In this document: one piece after another, positions 24,679-36,913 of the stretch
Layout of the letters: each line of letters begins with the position of its first letter
Position numbering within the stretch: the first letter of the stretch is position 1
Assembly: GCA_023334545.1 (NCBI GenBank)
Contig: JAADVB010000016.1
Span: forward strand, 70,535-134,534
From: Salisapilia sapeloensis CBS 127946
Taxonomy: Eukaryota; Protista; Oomycota
Length of the DNA stretch: 64,000 nt
Reading direction: 5' to 3'
The notes under the pieces: generated by a model
What the model saw: only the letters and a program-made list of their open reading frames with translations
What the model was told of the DNA's origin: nothing
Database searches by the model: none
Translations under genes and position numbers: made by a program

Positions 24679-24977
24679 ATGACGTCAACACGGATAAAAA
24701 CACCTCCCGAAGCCATTCCCAAAGTGATGAAAGACGAAGTACTCCGAGCACTCGCTCGCGTCGCAGAGATGCTCGTGGGCAACTTTACCGTCTCCTTTCA
24801 AAATGAGCTACGTATTATGGTATTCTTTGATATATAAAACTACTTGTATATCACACTTAATGGACATTCCATTAGGCGGAAGTGTCTGGATCGCAAGCAG
24901 CACGTGTCATGCGAGAGCAAGGTATACCGATGCAACAGGCAGTCCGTCATACTGCTGGCGCAGTTGCAAAGCTCTAG
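24679..24977 (+). CDS. Putative two-exon microprotein (80 aa)
   Basis: Exon 24679-24819, 56-nt GT-AG intron 24820-24875, exon 24876-24977. It fills the gap between the TBC start and the MAU2 end. Confidence 0.45.
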
Positions 24978-25026
24978 TGAATTGATAAAACGAATCGTTT
25001 AGTTCATACGCAAACGTATACTTGTG

Positions 25027-27248
25027 TTACTCGTGTCTCCACGCTCGCAACGCTTCATGCCCAGCTGCATCCTCCTTAGCTGCCTTTACTTGCTCCTGCC
25101 AATGCTCTACTAGTCTTTCAAATCTGTCCTTTGCCTCTCGAATCAACGCTCGATCCTGATGGCAATGGATTAGCTCAAACAACACTTGCACCTCCACGAC
25201 TACATTCTCCTGCTCTGTTGCCATCCCGAGTGCTTTCTCTAGCATACCGACGCTCTCGGACAAGTCACCATCCTCTTCCTCTCCATCGTGTTGTAACTTA
25301 ATACTCATCAAGAGCAAGATTTCCATCATGTGATCTGTCGAGCAGACACTTGTCTGGACACGATCAAAGGCCGCATAGAGCAAATCTACTTCCTTCGACT
25401 CGAGTTCTGCCACCATCGGGTACGTCCGGCTGGAGGATTCCGATACTGCCCACAGGAACTTGCACACCGTTACTTCATACTAGACAATAGTTAGTATATC
25501 GGAACATGACAAGCGTCGTATATATAGTACTTTAGCTCGTAGCTCTTCCGACGGACTGTTCGAGACGACAGTAGACAAAGGTCCTTCCATGCCCAAGATG
25601 AAGGAAGTGCATTCAAGCAACATTTCATGCGGATAGATCTGCTGTAAACTAGTGAACGTATCGTCAGACACGGTATTACAGAACGTCGTCACATCCAGCA
25701 TATCGATCCAGACAGCGAGATAGACGTCAGGATACGACTCGGATGTAATAGCTGGTACAATCTCGATCACCAGTCCGAGACGCGTTGCAGCCACTTCATT
25801 CTCTCCGATACAAGCAGCGTACTTGGCAATAACCACGTGGGTTCGAGCAAGAAGTGCCAAGTACAGTTTCGACTGGGATAGATGCGCTTGATTGGCATCA
25901 AAAACAGAGAGGAGCTGTTTTAAGAGCACACGAGTTTCGACTAAACGTCCTCTACTCATCAACAGCTTGGCACGTGTGATCATCATCTCTAGGAGTCCTA
26001 TGAGTAAAGGCAGCCGAGCTGAATGGCTCGAGTCATAGCTTTGTAAGCTCGTCTGAGCTTTCGGAATGCACTCTTTCGATAGCTTCAGTGCACTTAATGG
26101 AGCTCGATAGCTCTCGACGTACAGATCAAAGTTATACACTACTGCTTCTAGATAAGACTGGCCTAAAATGCCATTCTCTGGCGTGTCGTCGAGCTTGTCC
26201 ATGGCATGCAGCTCTTTCAAGACGCCTTGTAGTGCTTTATAATGACCGAATCTAACCTCGAATATGAACGTGATGCAACAAAGTGGAGCAAGGTATACGT
26301 TACCTGTAGTTTGCAAACGCTTGAATGAGAAGTTGATACTTCCTTATGTGGATCAACTCTTCTTTTGACGCATGGTTATCCAGTTTTCCATGAACGACTT
26401 CCAGCAATTCAGAAAGCGCATAGACATTATCCGAATGAAAGGACGCAGCAGTGGCGTGGCATATCACTGCCAACAACCAGATCTATCCAAGCATTAGTAC
26501 GACGACTACTATTGAATGACTTGCTCATGTACTTTAAAAGACATGCTACGAAAATGCTTTGTATGAGATTGGACGAGCTGTAGCTGTTGAATAAAATGCG
26601 TCTCGGTCTCTACGTCCATCGCGTCCGACTGTAAGCTCTTGGCGTACATTTGAGCAATCAAGAGCTTTAGTTCGTCGCAAAAGTAATCACGTAAAGGATC
26701 AATGTAAGGCTCCTCTTCCTTTTGTCCGTGCTGACATAGACGAATGCCATGGCACAGGAACTCGATGAGCTTGTCATCGTCGTCTTGGATGGAGATTTTT
26801 GCTAAGAGGTACTTGGATCGAGCAAGTCGTACCTGCCAATGGATCTATAATATACAATTGGATACAGAAGATGAAACTCGTATTCGTGTAGAGCATACAT
26901 CGACGCAATAGCTGTCTTCACTTAGTTTAGTCTGCACGACTTCGACACTTTCCTGAGCTCTTGTAAATCGCTTTCTAAGCATTGCTTTGGAAAGGTGTCG
27001 TTCCGATGCCAAACAAGTCACTGCACACACTTCAGCAAGTAGAATGTGTCCACAAGTCAAGATCGGCGTGCTTTCTTCGTCCGTGCACTCAGATGCCAAT
27101 AATGCCTATATGCAGTGCTAAAATCCTCTTTCTACCAGCATAACTACAGCATATATACTTCTATCGTCACTATTGCTTGGTCATAATGCTCTTGCTCTGC
27201 TAGTGAGCAGGCCATGCGCCAAAGTCCTGTCACTTGGTCCATTTCCAT
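25027..27248 (-). CDS. MAU2: MAU2/Scc4 cohesin loader subunit-like TPR protein, multi-exon
   Basis: Helical TPR-like exons from ATG 27248 (MEMDQVTGLWRMACSLAE); C-terminal ALGMATEQENVVVEVQVL...HEALRAW matches the MAU2 ending. Confidence 0.65.
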
Positions 27249-27324
27249 TCTTCTTGGTCGGAATCGTGTAAACCCTACATAAACCCTACAACCTCCATTT
27301 ATCTCCTGATAAACTGGAACCGAG

Positions 27325-28504
27325 ATGAGTGCATCTTCACATGGCTCGATCGACTACGAGGAGCATCGTGGAGTCCAAGCAGCCTTTATCTCCGATGGGA
27401 GTGCCTACGTTATCATTGCTATCATCTCGCTCGTGCAATTGATACGGATTATACGGCGGTACAAGCCATGGACGGTGCAGAAGATGGTGCACATGCTATT
27501 ATTCATCGCAGCCTGCTTACGAGCTTTTTTCCTCATGCTTGTTGGAACAGACTGGTGCCATGCACTCTCTGGTCAGATCAGTGTATCCGAGTGCTCCACT
27601 GGCGAGCGAGAAGTCTTTTACATTTTGGATCAAACACCTATCGTCTTCTTCTTCGTCGCCTATGCACTACTAGTGCAGTTCTGGGCTGAAGTTTACTACA
27701 ATGCTGTCGATGAGATTGCCGTCTACCAGTCTTTCTTTAAGCCTGCTTTGCACATCTTTATCGGTGTAAGATTCGACAATAGCATAATCAAAGAGCATAA
27801 CTAAAGATACTCTGTAGCTCGTCATGTGCGTCCAAGTACTCTTCTGGATCTTCTACGCATCCGCTTGGCGAGGCGAACGTATGTCTCTCTACCTTTCCTA
27901 CCTTGTAGCATGCTCTGACCATAGTCTTGGCTGCATGCAGGTGCGTTTTTCACAAAAAGCCAAGCAGTGCTCAATATGGAAATGTACTTACTCGCCACCG
28001 CTCTCTTCCTTTTCTACGGACGACGAGCTTATGTACAGCTCAGGTACTAAGACAGCACCTATCTATCCGATCCTTCTATCTTATATATATGCATTAGAAA
28101 TGTTCCGATTGAACTCGGTCTTCGATCGCGAAAGATGAAAGAAGTACACGTCTATTGCTTATATTCCTTTCCGATCCTGTATCTAACCTCTTACGTAGCT
28201 GACAAGTATATCAATCGTCTGCTCGACATGTTTCATTCTTCGATGCGGCTTGGAAATCATGTTTTCCAGGGAGAAACAACAACTTCACGACAAAGCGACG
28301 TGGCTACTCGTGCTCATCTACTATGCTTTCCTAGAACTCGCACCATCTATCGCCATTCTCTACTTTAACCGTCGTCTCCCACTTCCACCTCGTACAGCTT
28401 CTACCCCGAAACGATCTCGTGTCAATCTCGCGTCTCGTCTAAAGAAGCGGACGAAACCTCGGGACGATGAAATGCTCGCGTCGTTACTTGAGAATGAAGA
28501 GTAG
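27325..28504 (+). CDS. THH1/TOM1/TOM3 (DUF1084, GPR137-like) 7TM protein, multi-exon
   Basis: QLIRIIRRYKPWTVQKMVH, YILDQTP...YALLVQFWAEVYY, LLVLIYYAFLELAPSIAILYFNR. Confidence 0.8.
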
Positions 28505-28535
28505 AAACAAGAAACGATTATCTTTCTTTCCTAGT

Positions 28536-29762
28536 TTACTCTCCGAATCTTTGCGTCACGTCATTTAGTAGCTGGAGCATACTGTCATTCTCTTCTCGAC
28601 TACCGATCGTCGCTCGAAGACAGTCCGTTAGAAGTAACTGATTGCCTCGATAACGAATCACGACACCTTTGTCTGCCATTTCACGATACACTTCTTCTGC
28701 ATGCGGCACTTGGAAAAGAACGAAGTTCGAGTCCGACGCGTAGATGCACTTGACAAGCGATAGTTTGCGTAGTTCTTGCACAACTCTCTCCTTTTCCGAT
28801 TTGATTAGAGCGATCTTGGACTCTACTTGCGCGACATTCGCCATGGCTTCCAATCCCACTTTGGAAGTCAATTTGCTGATGTTATAAGGAGCTTTGACGT
28901 TGTTGAGGATCTGGATCAAACGAGGGTGGCCAATGGCGCTGCCGAGACGGACACCAGCGAGACCGAACGCCTTAGAGAGTGTCTGTAAGACCACGAGGCG
29001 AGGGTACTGCTGGACGAGACCAATCAAACTCGGTTCGTCGCTAAAGTCGACGTACGCTTCGTCCACGACTACTAGACCCTTATAAGCAGAGCTCTCGAGG
29101 ATTGTGCGGACGTCCGAGGCTCGAAGCATGTTGGCGGTCGGGTTACCAGGACTGCATAGGAACATGATCTTCGTCGTGTCTTTGACTTGAGATAGGATCT
29201 CTTGTGGATCAATGTGGAAGGACGGAAGTTCGCCTTTGTCGTTGAGTCCCTTAGGATTGCTCTCGTCACGTTCGATGTGGAGAGGGCAGGAGATGATGTC
29301 GACGTCGTGGATGTTGGCACAAACCTTGTACATGCCGTAGGTTGGTGGTGTGATCAAAATCGAGTCTTTCGAAGGTGTGCAAGCAACGCGAACGACTAGA
29401 TCGATTGCTTCGTCACTGCCAACACCGAGGAAGATGTTGTCTGGGCGGACGTGGCCGTGCTCGGACGTCTCATTACGATAGTCGGCAATCGCTTTTTTCA
29501 GCTCCACCTGATATGGAGACGGGTATCTCTCCAACTGCATCTGCTGCAAGTCCTCAGCAGCAAGGGATGAGCCCAAACTGTTCTCATTCGCATCAAGCAA
29601 AATGCCTATGCATAAAAGATAAGCCTCTTCTGACAAGCTTCAGCTTTAAATGCACAGAATTGAAATACCTTGGTCATAGTCATCACGTGCACACCGGTAG
29701 GGTGACAGAGCCAATATGTTTGGTCTTATAATTGCGTCAATCTCCTTTGCTCCTGCGTCCAT
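28536..29762 (-). CDS. hisC: Histidinol-phosphate aminotransferase
   Basis: Exon 1 IRPNILALSPYRCARDDYDQ/GILLDANEN; GVGSDEAID, PPTYGMY, CSPGNPT, DEAYVDF, TLSKAFGLAG. Confidence 0.95.
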
Positions 29763-31184
29763 GATGTCAGATTCAGTTGTGGATGGAAGCAGAGTTTCAA
29801 CGGCCGATTATGTAATCACCATAGTCTGATTCTTGTGGCGAGTATCTTTCTCGGGGAGATACACGTCATGCTAACCACCTCCGTACGATTGCAAGTAAAT
29901 GCATGAACGACAAAAAACTAGGTTAGTGCAATTGAGCGATAGTGCTTGTATACATTCCCAAGCAACTTTATTGCTTAAGTATAGCTTGTCATTCTGGAAA
30001 GATAGAGACTTTTTAGAGTATTTTTTAAAATTAAAAGAGCATTTGTGTCATTTTGAAATAAATAGGAAATGACAACAAACCAAACAACGAATTTTGTCTA
30101 CAACAAAAAGACAGCATATACTAACTTTTACATTTAAATTTGTGCTCCAGGTGCCAGCATCGCTTCTGGTCGATTAGCAAGACTCCTTAAGCTTCTGCAA
30201 TATCGTCCTAGCCATGATCTTTTAATTCATGCACAGCCTCTGAGTGGCTCTCGGCAACGGCAGCATCAAGCATGAAAGTGTTATTACAGCAGATGCTTCA
30301 CGACTACAGTACGACCGAAGATTCGGGCATTTAGCAAACCTCAGATGGTTTAGTCCATTTATTAAGGCCTACCGAGAGCGTCCGTATAGGTTCACAGGTA
30401 ACCTTAGATATGTAGTACTGTACAAAAACTATGCCAAATGTCCTTCCTAATTTTCAAGCTTAATTTGTTCTCATTTCTTTTAGTATCAGTGTATATTTAC
30501 CTTAATAAAGCTGGGATCGTACATGATCGTCGGTCATGATTTTACAATAATACTGCGTGGAGAAGGCTATGTACAATCCAGCGTATCTTTATATTGCGCG
30601 CATTCGATTGGTGTCGTTTTCGTCAGGCGATGGGCATAACATTTGCATTTGATAGTCGAATCGTAGAGATCGGACATGAAATTATCCATTCATGTTGTAG
30701 GGGGTTCATAGACGTTGTGTCGAAATTTGGTCATTCCAACCTATCCGATTGATTGACTCTTTGAGATCAATGAGGTGTTGTGGGTTATATCCGCCCACGA
30801 ATTACTACGGCATATGCCCGATTAAGTTCTGAACGTAAGATTACCGTGGTAATCAAAGAACTTGATTGTAGCATAAATTTTACTCGACTACCCACATATC
30901 GCACCACTTAGAGCAGATAAATCCCTTTGATGTTACGCTCTATCTTGAAAGTTATTTCCGCTCGCAGCTAATTACTCGGTTTAAAAGTTTCTTGTTAGCA
31001 GCTATCCGGTTCTGCCAGCCACAATGAAGTTCACCAGTCGCGAAATCACATATTTCTTTCTGATACTTTAGGCATTGATTGATAAATATACGAAGGCTAT
31101 CAATTCCTATAAGCTGATGCCACTAGTGTACGTGAATCGATCATCTTTGAGCAAAACACAAATGTAATCATTTACGTTTTGTAG

Positions 31185-33141
31185 TGACCTGACCGGAGTT
31201 TACGTGAAAAAGCTCGATGGAGCTATCTTTCCAATCGGCCGAAAGATGTCAAACAATTTGTATCATTTACTTAATATTCAATCTTGACCTCATGTGTGGA
31301 TGCAGTTGGTTGCATGATAATCCGACCAAAGAAATAATGGGAATACTTCCAAGGCTAGAACTACTGTACTCTTGATATCACAATGTGTATGAACAAGTAA
31401 CGAACCTGCTAAAACTTGTTATATGCAGCGCAATGAACGAAACCTTTGTCAAGAGTCTGGATTCAGGCAACTTTCCCAAACTTCGCAGTTTACATATATT
31501 CATGCTGAAACTGTGTATTAGCTACTTTTGCATCCATATCTTAACGCACTTCAAATACAATTGTCCATGGCGGCAGTCTGGAGAAGATCACAAGTGTATG
31601 GAACCATCTCGACTATATGTGAGTCCTTGATTGTACACCTTTATGATATGTATTTGATCGTCTACATTTGTAGGGAGTTGTATTACAGCCGGGTTTCCGA
31701 GATCACGGCGGAGGTGCCCATTCTCACCGAGGCGTAAGCTTTAAATAGTTCATTCTATCTTTCGAACCACTGACGCGTCATGTATGAATGCAGCTGGGTG
31801 TATGGTAACCCGATCGAAGTTATATCGGGGACATTTCCAAAGCTGCAAAGGCTGTACGTGAAATACACTGGATACTACTATTAAAAAATCTGACTCGAGT
31901 TTAAAATGAGCAGGTGTATGGTCAACCCACTGCTTAAGAGTTTGGATGCAGTCGAGTTTCCCAAAGTTCGCGAATTGTACGTGTTCATATCAACCCTGTA
32001 GACTTGAAGATTAGGCACCGATATTGTAACCTATAAAAACTAGACAAATCATGGCGGCATATTGGAGGAATTAACTGGTGAATGGAAGCACCTCATCTAC
32101 TTGTAAGTATTTGAATATGATCAATTCAAGGTGCTCATTTTATCATTTGTGTTATGTAGACAATTGAACAACAACAGCGTATCGGATATCAAAGCGAAGA
32201 TGCTCAATCTCACTACAGCGTAAGCTATTGAAAATTGGAATTCTTGCCTCTATCACTGATGCTTTATGTGTAAACTAGCTTCGTCAATTATAATGTCCTT
32301 ACCGATTTTGACTGCGCCAAGTCGAAGGTGAATTACTTGTGAGGCACGTTCACGAAGATGCTTGGACACTAAAGTCGCGCGATAACATTTGCAGGGCTAC
32401 GGCGCACAATAAATTGACAAAAGAGAGTCTGCGTGGGTGGAAGTGTAAAGACGTCCATACCATGTATGTTTTCCGTATCGCTACTTTTAAGCGTGCAAAT
32501 GGATGGTGAGAACAGCAATTTGAGTGAAAACAACATCGGATTCTTTGATGACCCACACACCAATGCTCTTGGTTCAGTGAGGAAATTGTACGTGAATTTA
32601 TACGCATATATAATCTGTAATACTTAAATGCTTAATGTTGAACAGGAACATAACGGGCGGTGTGCTAGATCAGTGGGATGGCAAGTAGCCCAATCTGAAG
32701 GAAGCGTGCGTACTTCTACACTACCAACAAAGTTTTTTCTATAAGTGAATTTTAGTCCTTGTGCAGGTGCATGGGCTACAATAAGCTCCAGAGATCAACG
32801 CATACACTCCGGCGATAAAAACATTGTAAGCCACTATGCTTTATAAGACAGATTTATGCTCATAAAGAAAACTATAAATGAACAATATGGATACTATAGG
32901 GAACTCCACTATAACAATCTTAGTGCTACGGGATTCCTTGCACAACCTTCGGGAAAGAATGTATCAAATCCTACTTCTGTAGATGTAGCCAAGTACATGA
33001 GTCTTCATGCTGAGGATTTGTAAGTGATTCTAGATGTTTTCTCCATTGCGAAGTTATACTAAGTGTGGATTGATTTGTAGGAATTTAAATGGCGATCCTA
33101 TAATGAAAAAACTAGGGAGTGAAGAGCTCCTTTCTAAGTAG
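31185..33141 (+). pseudogene. LRR gene of 15 symmetric phase-2 micro-exons plus a terminal exon; five exons damaged; 5' end not found
   Basis: AG/GT-bounded exons of 59-72 nt and one of 120 nt translate to LRR units (WVYGNPIEVISGTFPKLQRL, CMVNPLLKSLDAVEFPKVREL, QLNNNSVSDIKAKMLNLTTA, NLSENNIGFF...VRKL). Lesions: lost donor at 31492, lost acceptor at 31557-58, two 59-nt exons, TAG at 32686. Confidence 0.8.
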
Positions 33142-34414
33142 ATTCTTATAAGCGAATTGCCCCATGAGAATTAAACTCAAGTTTGCATTCGCTTGTAGGA
33201 GCTCTACAGATAACTATATGCCTGATGAAGCAGGAATCTAGAACTATCTTCTTCGCCAAGTCAAATGGAATTTTTCTTTGAAGCAGAAAGACTTTAAAGA
33301 ATCTAACCGCATCCAAGGCATTCCACAAAACATTGAAATCAGACGTCATTCATTTTTATGTTAGCTACTACTTTCTTGGATGAGTACGCGTTCAACAGAA
33401 GTGAAACTATATTGCTATTATTTGATGGCACATTTCAGTTTCAATCGCTATATGCACCATACCTACAAATATAACTTGTAGTAGTGACGTTTGCATCCGC
33501 CCAAGTTAATTGCTTAAGCAGAGCTTTAATGATAGGTTGTACGGTGGAAGTTAAAGCAGACGACAATATCATCACAAAACTCTTTTAGACTCGAGCATTT
33601 TTGAGGACGTAAGTAAACAAATTAAGCAGCATAGATGAACGGATAAAGCTATAACTTGTCAACGTATACATATTAAGCACAGATAGGCTCTCTACGTTTT
33701 CTCTACGGACTGTCAATTCTTTTGTATCTAATTCTAGCTACAATAGTAATGCAAAAGATTTTTATAGCTGCATACTAGTCTGAAGATAGAAATCAGTTTG
33801 TGGTATTTGACGTTATGACTACTCTTACAATCTGCATAGCGATCATTATTGCCCAACTTGCGGAAGTGGTGTACCATACAAGCACAAAAGTAGACTGTAA
33901 AGCTCAAACTCTTGTGCTGGACTTCTTGAAAGTATTATGAAGGGTTAACATCCTACACAGTCGATAGACCACTTGTTAAATGCAATCTGGTAGCTTTGGC
34001 AATCTTTCTCATGAAATACTGTCATGCTATTAAATCCACTTGACAACAGTTTTGATAGTGACCACGTAGAAACTTGATTCATATTGTCAGCGCGTGGTTG
34101 CAAAGCTTTAAAGATGAAATAAGAAGTATAACCTACTATTTTAACGTACAATTACGCTTCTTTCTTGTCATAAATAATATCTATTGCAGTATCTCCGTTA
34201 TTTTTTATGCTATCAAACAAATTAACATCCAGTTAGTAAATTTGGTAAGCTAGTATGCGATTAGTGCGTGCTAGGAGGGACGTTAGACATCGTAGGCTAA
34301 GCGACGCCAATGTACCTCACTATCGAATCAAATCGTCCGCCTAAAAAGGAAAGCTTATGCAATTCATTACTGTCATTTGTTCACAAGCTACATCTTTGCA
34401 TCATAGGTACCACA

Positions 34415-36913
34415 TTAGTTTGTTGAAGATAGGTTTCCGATGGACGAGACCCCGAAGGATTGCCGAGGCGTGTCAAGATCGAGTGTCATTATACTTTGGA
34501 GAATACGTCTTAACGCTTAGTGGATGCTCGTCGCTTTTGGTCTCTTGGATAGATCCATCTCGGGACACGCAAGTCCGAGGGTACGGATGGATATCGGGCA
34601 AGAACTTAAAAAGGATGGCTTGACGGTAATGTTCACAATATCCGATGTTAACGACAGCATCTTGGACTGTTTTCCGTCAGCGACGACGGTATCTGAGTAT
34701 GGAAGTATGTGCGTATCCAACTCGATTAGAATAGTTCCAAAGGAAAAATTGTCACTGCTTTCATCATAGCCAGTCTCTTCGCGTAAGATTTCAGGCGCCA
34801 GCCATCGGATGGTGTGTATACCTTTGGCCGTTAGAGTATTGTCCGCATCGAGCGTCCTAGCATTTTCAAAGTCTCCATTCTTGGCGATCAGTTCTTCAGA
34901 CAGCAACACGTTCCGTGGCTTGAGATCTCGGTGAATGTAAGCTGGCGAAAATTAGTGCATGTAGATGAGTGCATCTATAACATCAATCACATTTTGTAGC
35001 TTCTCGTTATTCCAATGGTGATCGACTCTTGATTCCGTCAGATAAGATCTGAGGTCTCCTCTCTCCATGTACTCGTATAAAGCTTGAAAGTCCGCTTTTT
35101 TGATATAAGCTGTTCCGATAAACTTCAGAATGTGTGGATGACTAAGCTTCGCCGCAGTTTCGTTTTTTTAATAAAATTATGGTTGTCCTCGCTGTCTGTT
35201 TTGCTTTCGATCAACCGTTTGGATGCGAACTGCTCTCCAAAGTATTCTACGAGCCAGACTTCACCAAAGGCACCAGCGCCCAGTTGTCGTATTGGATGGA
35301 TTTTGTTCGGCAACAGCTCATTCTTTCGCAAGACGCTATCATTCCAGATAGAGCTCATTACATCTTCAAGTGGGTGATAACTTGTGTTTGATGTACTTCC
35401 TCCTTCTGCTGTTGGCGGGCGGGAATCGCTTCCCGGAAATGTTGATTTTTTTAATTGTTAAAGTTTTGGTTAAAAAAGTGTGTAGAAATTGCTAGTATGA
35501 TGCAATGGGGATAATCAGACGTAGAGGATCAAGGGAAGTGCCGTCTGTGCTGACACTGGACCCTAATGATGTGTAAGTCTCTACAACGCAGACGAGCAAT
35601 TCTGCATGACCCACAGTTTTCCATTCATCGCTCGGGCAGTAAGGGCTTTTCTTTCCGGTAACATTGGCACTCTTAAGTGCCATATCAAGCATGTTACATA
35701 GCTTAGATGATGCGAATCTTGTATTGGGTGGATCGCCATCAAGATATCTAAAGGCATACAATATAAGTCATGTATAAGGTAGGATGGAGCTCATTCGCAT
35801 GTAAATATGTAGCTTACAGTTTTTCTAGACGTTTAACATTGACCAATGCTGACAGTTGGACTCGAGCTTATTATACTCCAAGTTTCTAATAAACGACATT
35901 TATGTTGAAAAGTGATGGATAGAAAAGTATTGGGCTTGTAAATAACTTGCAACTCTTCGAGCCATTTGGCATTGGCGCCAAACCAGCTCAGATTTTTAAA
36001 CGACAAATCTCTATAAATCGTGATGGACAATTGGATAATGAGTACCGAGATGCATGAAACCATGATACGTACAACTCATAGAGGTAGTTGAAGCGAATAT
36101 CGTAGGGGAACTATTGGATTGAATTGTGATCCATAGAGCTATGTATTTAGCACATATGTGACTCGTTAACGACGATGTGGCTATGCAAGGAGAAATACAT
36201 ATCGAGTACATACAGTTGTTTCAATGTGGCAAACCTCGAGAGATTTGCTGGCACGCTTCTGATATCGCAATTTGACAGTTTGATCGATGTTGTGTATTCA
36301 TGCAGATTTGACATCAAGTCATCCGCAGATATGATTAAATTTGGTATTGATATCCGACGAAGATGGATAGTTTTGAACATTTCGTATGCGAAACGAACAT
36401 TTTGGACTCTGTGGTCGCTAAACTTACCACGAAGTTCCCTATGATGAATTGGTAGCAAATGCACACCATTGACCCGTAAATAAAGATTTGTTTATAGTAC
36501 GTCTTAAAAGAGAAGCAAACACATACCAGTTAGAAATGTTGTAAGGGGTGTTCAGATCGATTTTGTCCAAGTGTTTCAAGTCTAATTGAAACTCTTCCTT
36601 TTTGTGCTCGTTAAAGTCATCATTAATTTCAAATACATTGTACGCTTCACTTCAACGCCAGTAACAGTTCTACTGAACGGATCTTTGCATTGGCATTGGC
36701 ATCCAGACTTTTCATCACCTTCCTTGCAGGTTACACCGAAAATTTTACACGGATTACGAAGGCCATCAACCTGGTAGATAACGCATACTACATCGCAATC
36801 GTCATCGCAATCCGACATGAGAACATTCGTGCACTTATTGCGTTCTTTGGAGCTAACCCAGTCGAAAGGCACATGAGCACGATAGGCAAAAGCGAAAGTC
36901 TCAGAATCACCAT
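34415..36913 (-). pseudogene. LRR receptor-like kinase (TKL family) pseudogene
   Basis: Signal peptide MVILRLSLLPIVLMCLSTG, Cys-rich cap, LRR exons, disrupted TM, kinase motifs LGAGAFGEVW, FASKRL, HRDLKPRN, RWLAPE. Frameshifts near 36.85, 35.83, 35.5 and 35.16 kb; in-frame stops at 36111, 34952 and 34517; DFG changed to DFE. Confidence 0.85.

Noticed and set aside
30244-31130. Further 5' exons of the LRR gene (AG/GT-bounded 60 nt at 30511-30570; 56 nt at 31072-31127)
   Set aside because: Sizes are suggestive but the translations are too degraded to confirm LRR identity, so they are left out of the feature.
33400-34300. Possible pogo/DDE transposase remnant (LVLDFLKV, IVSAWLQSF fragments)
   Set aside because: Fragments are short, in different frames and full of stops; no catalytic motif could be assembled.
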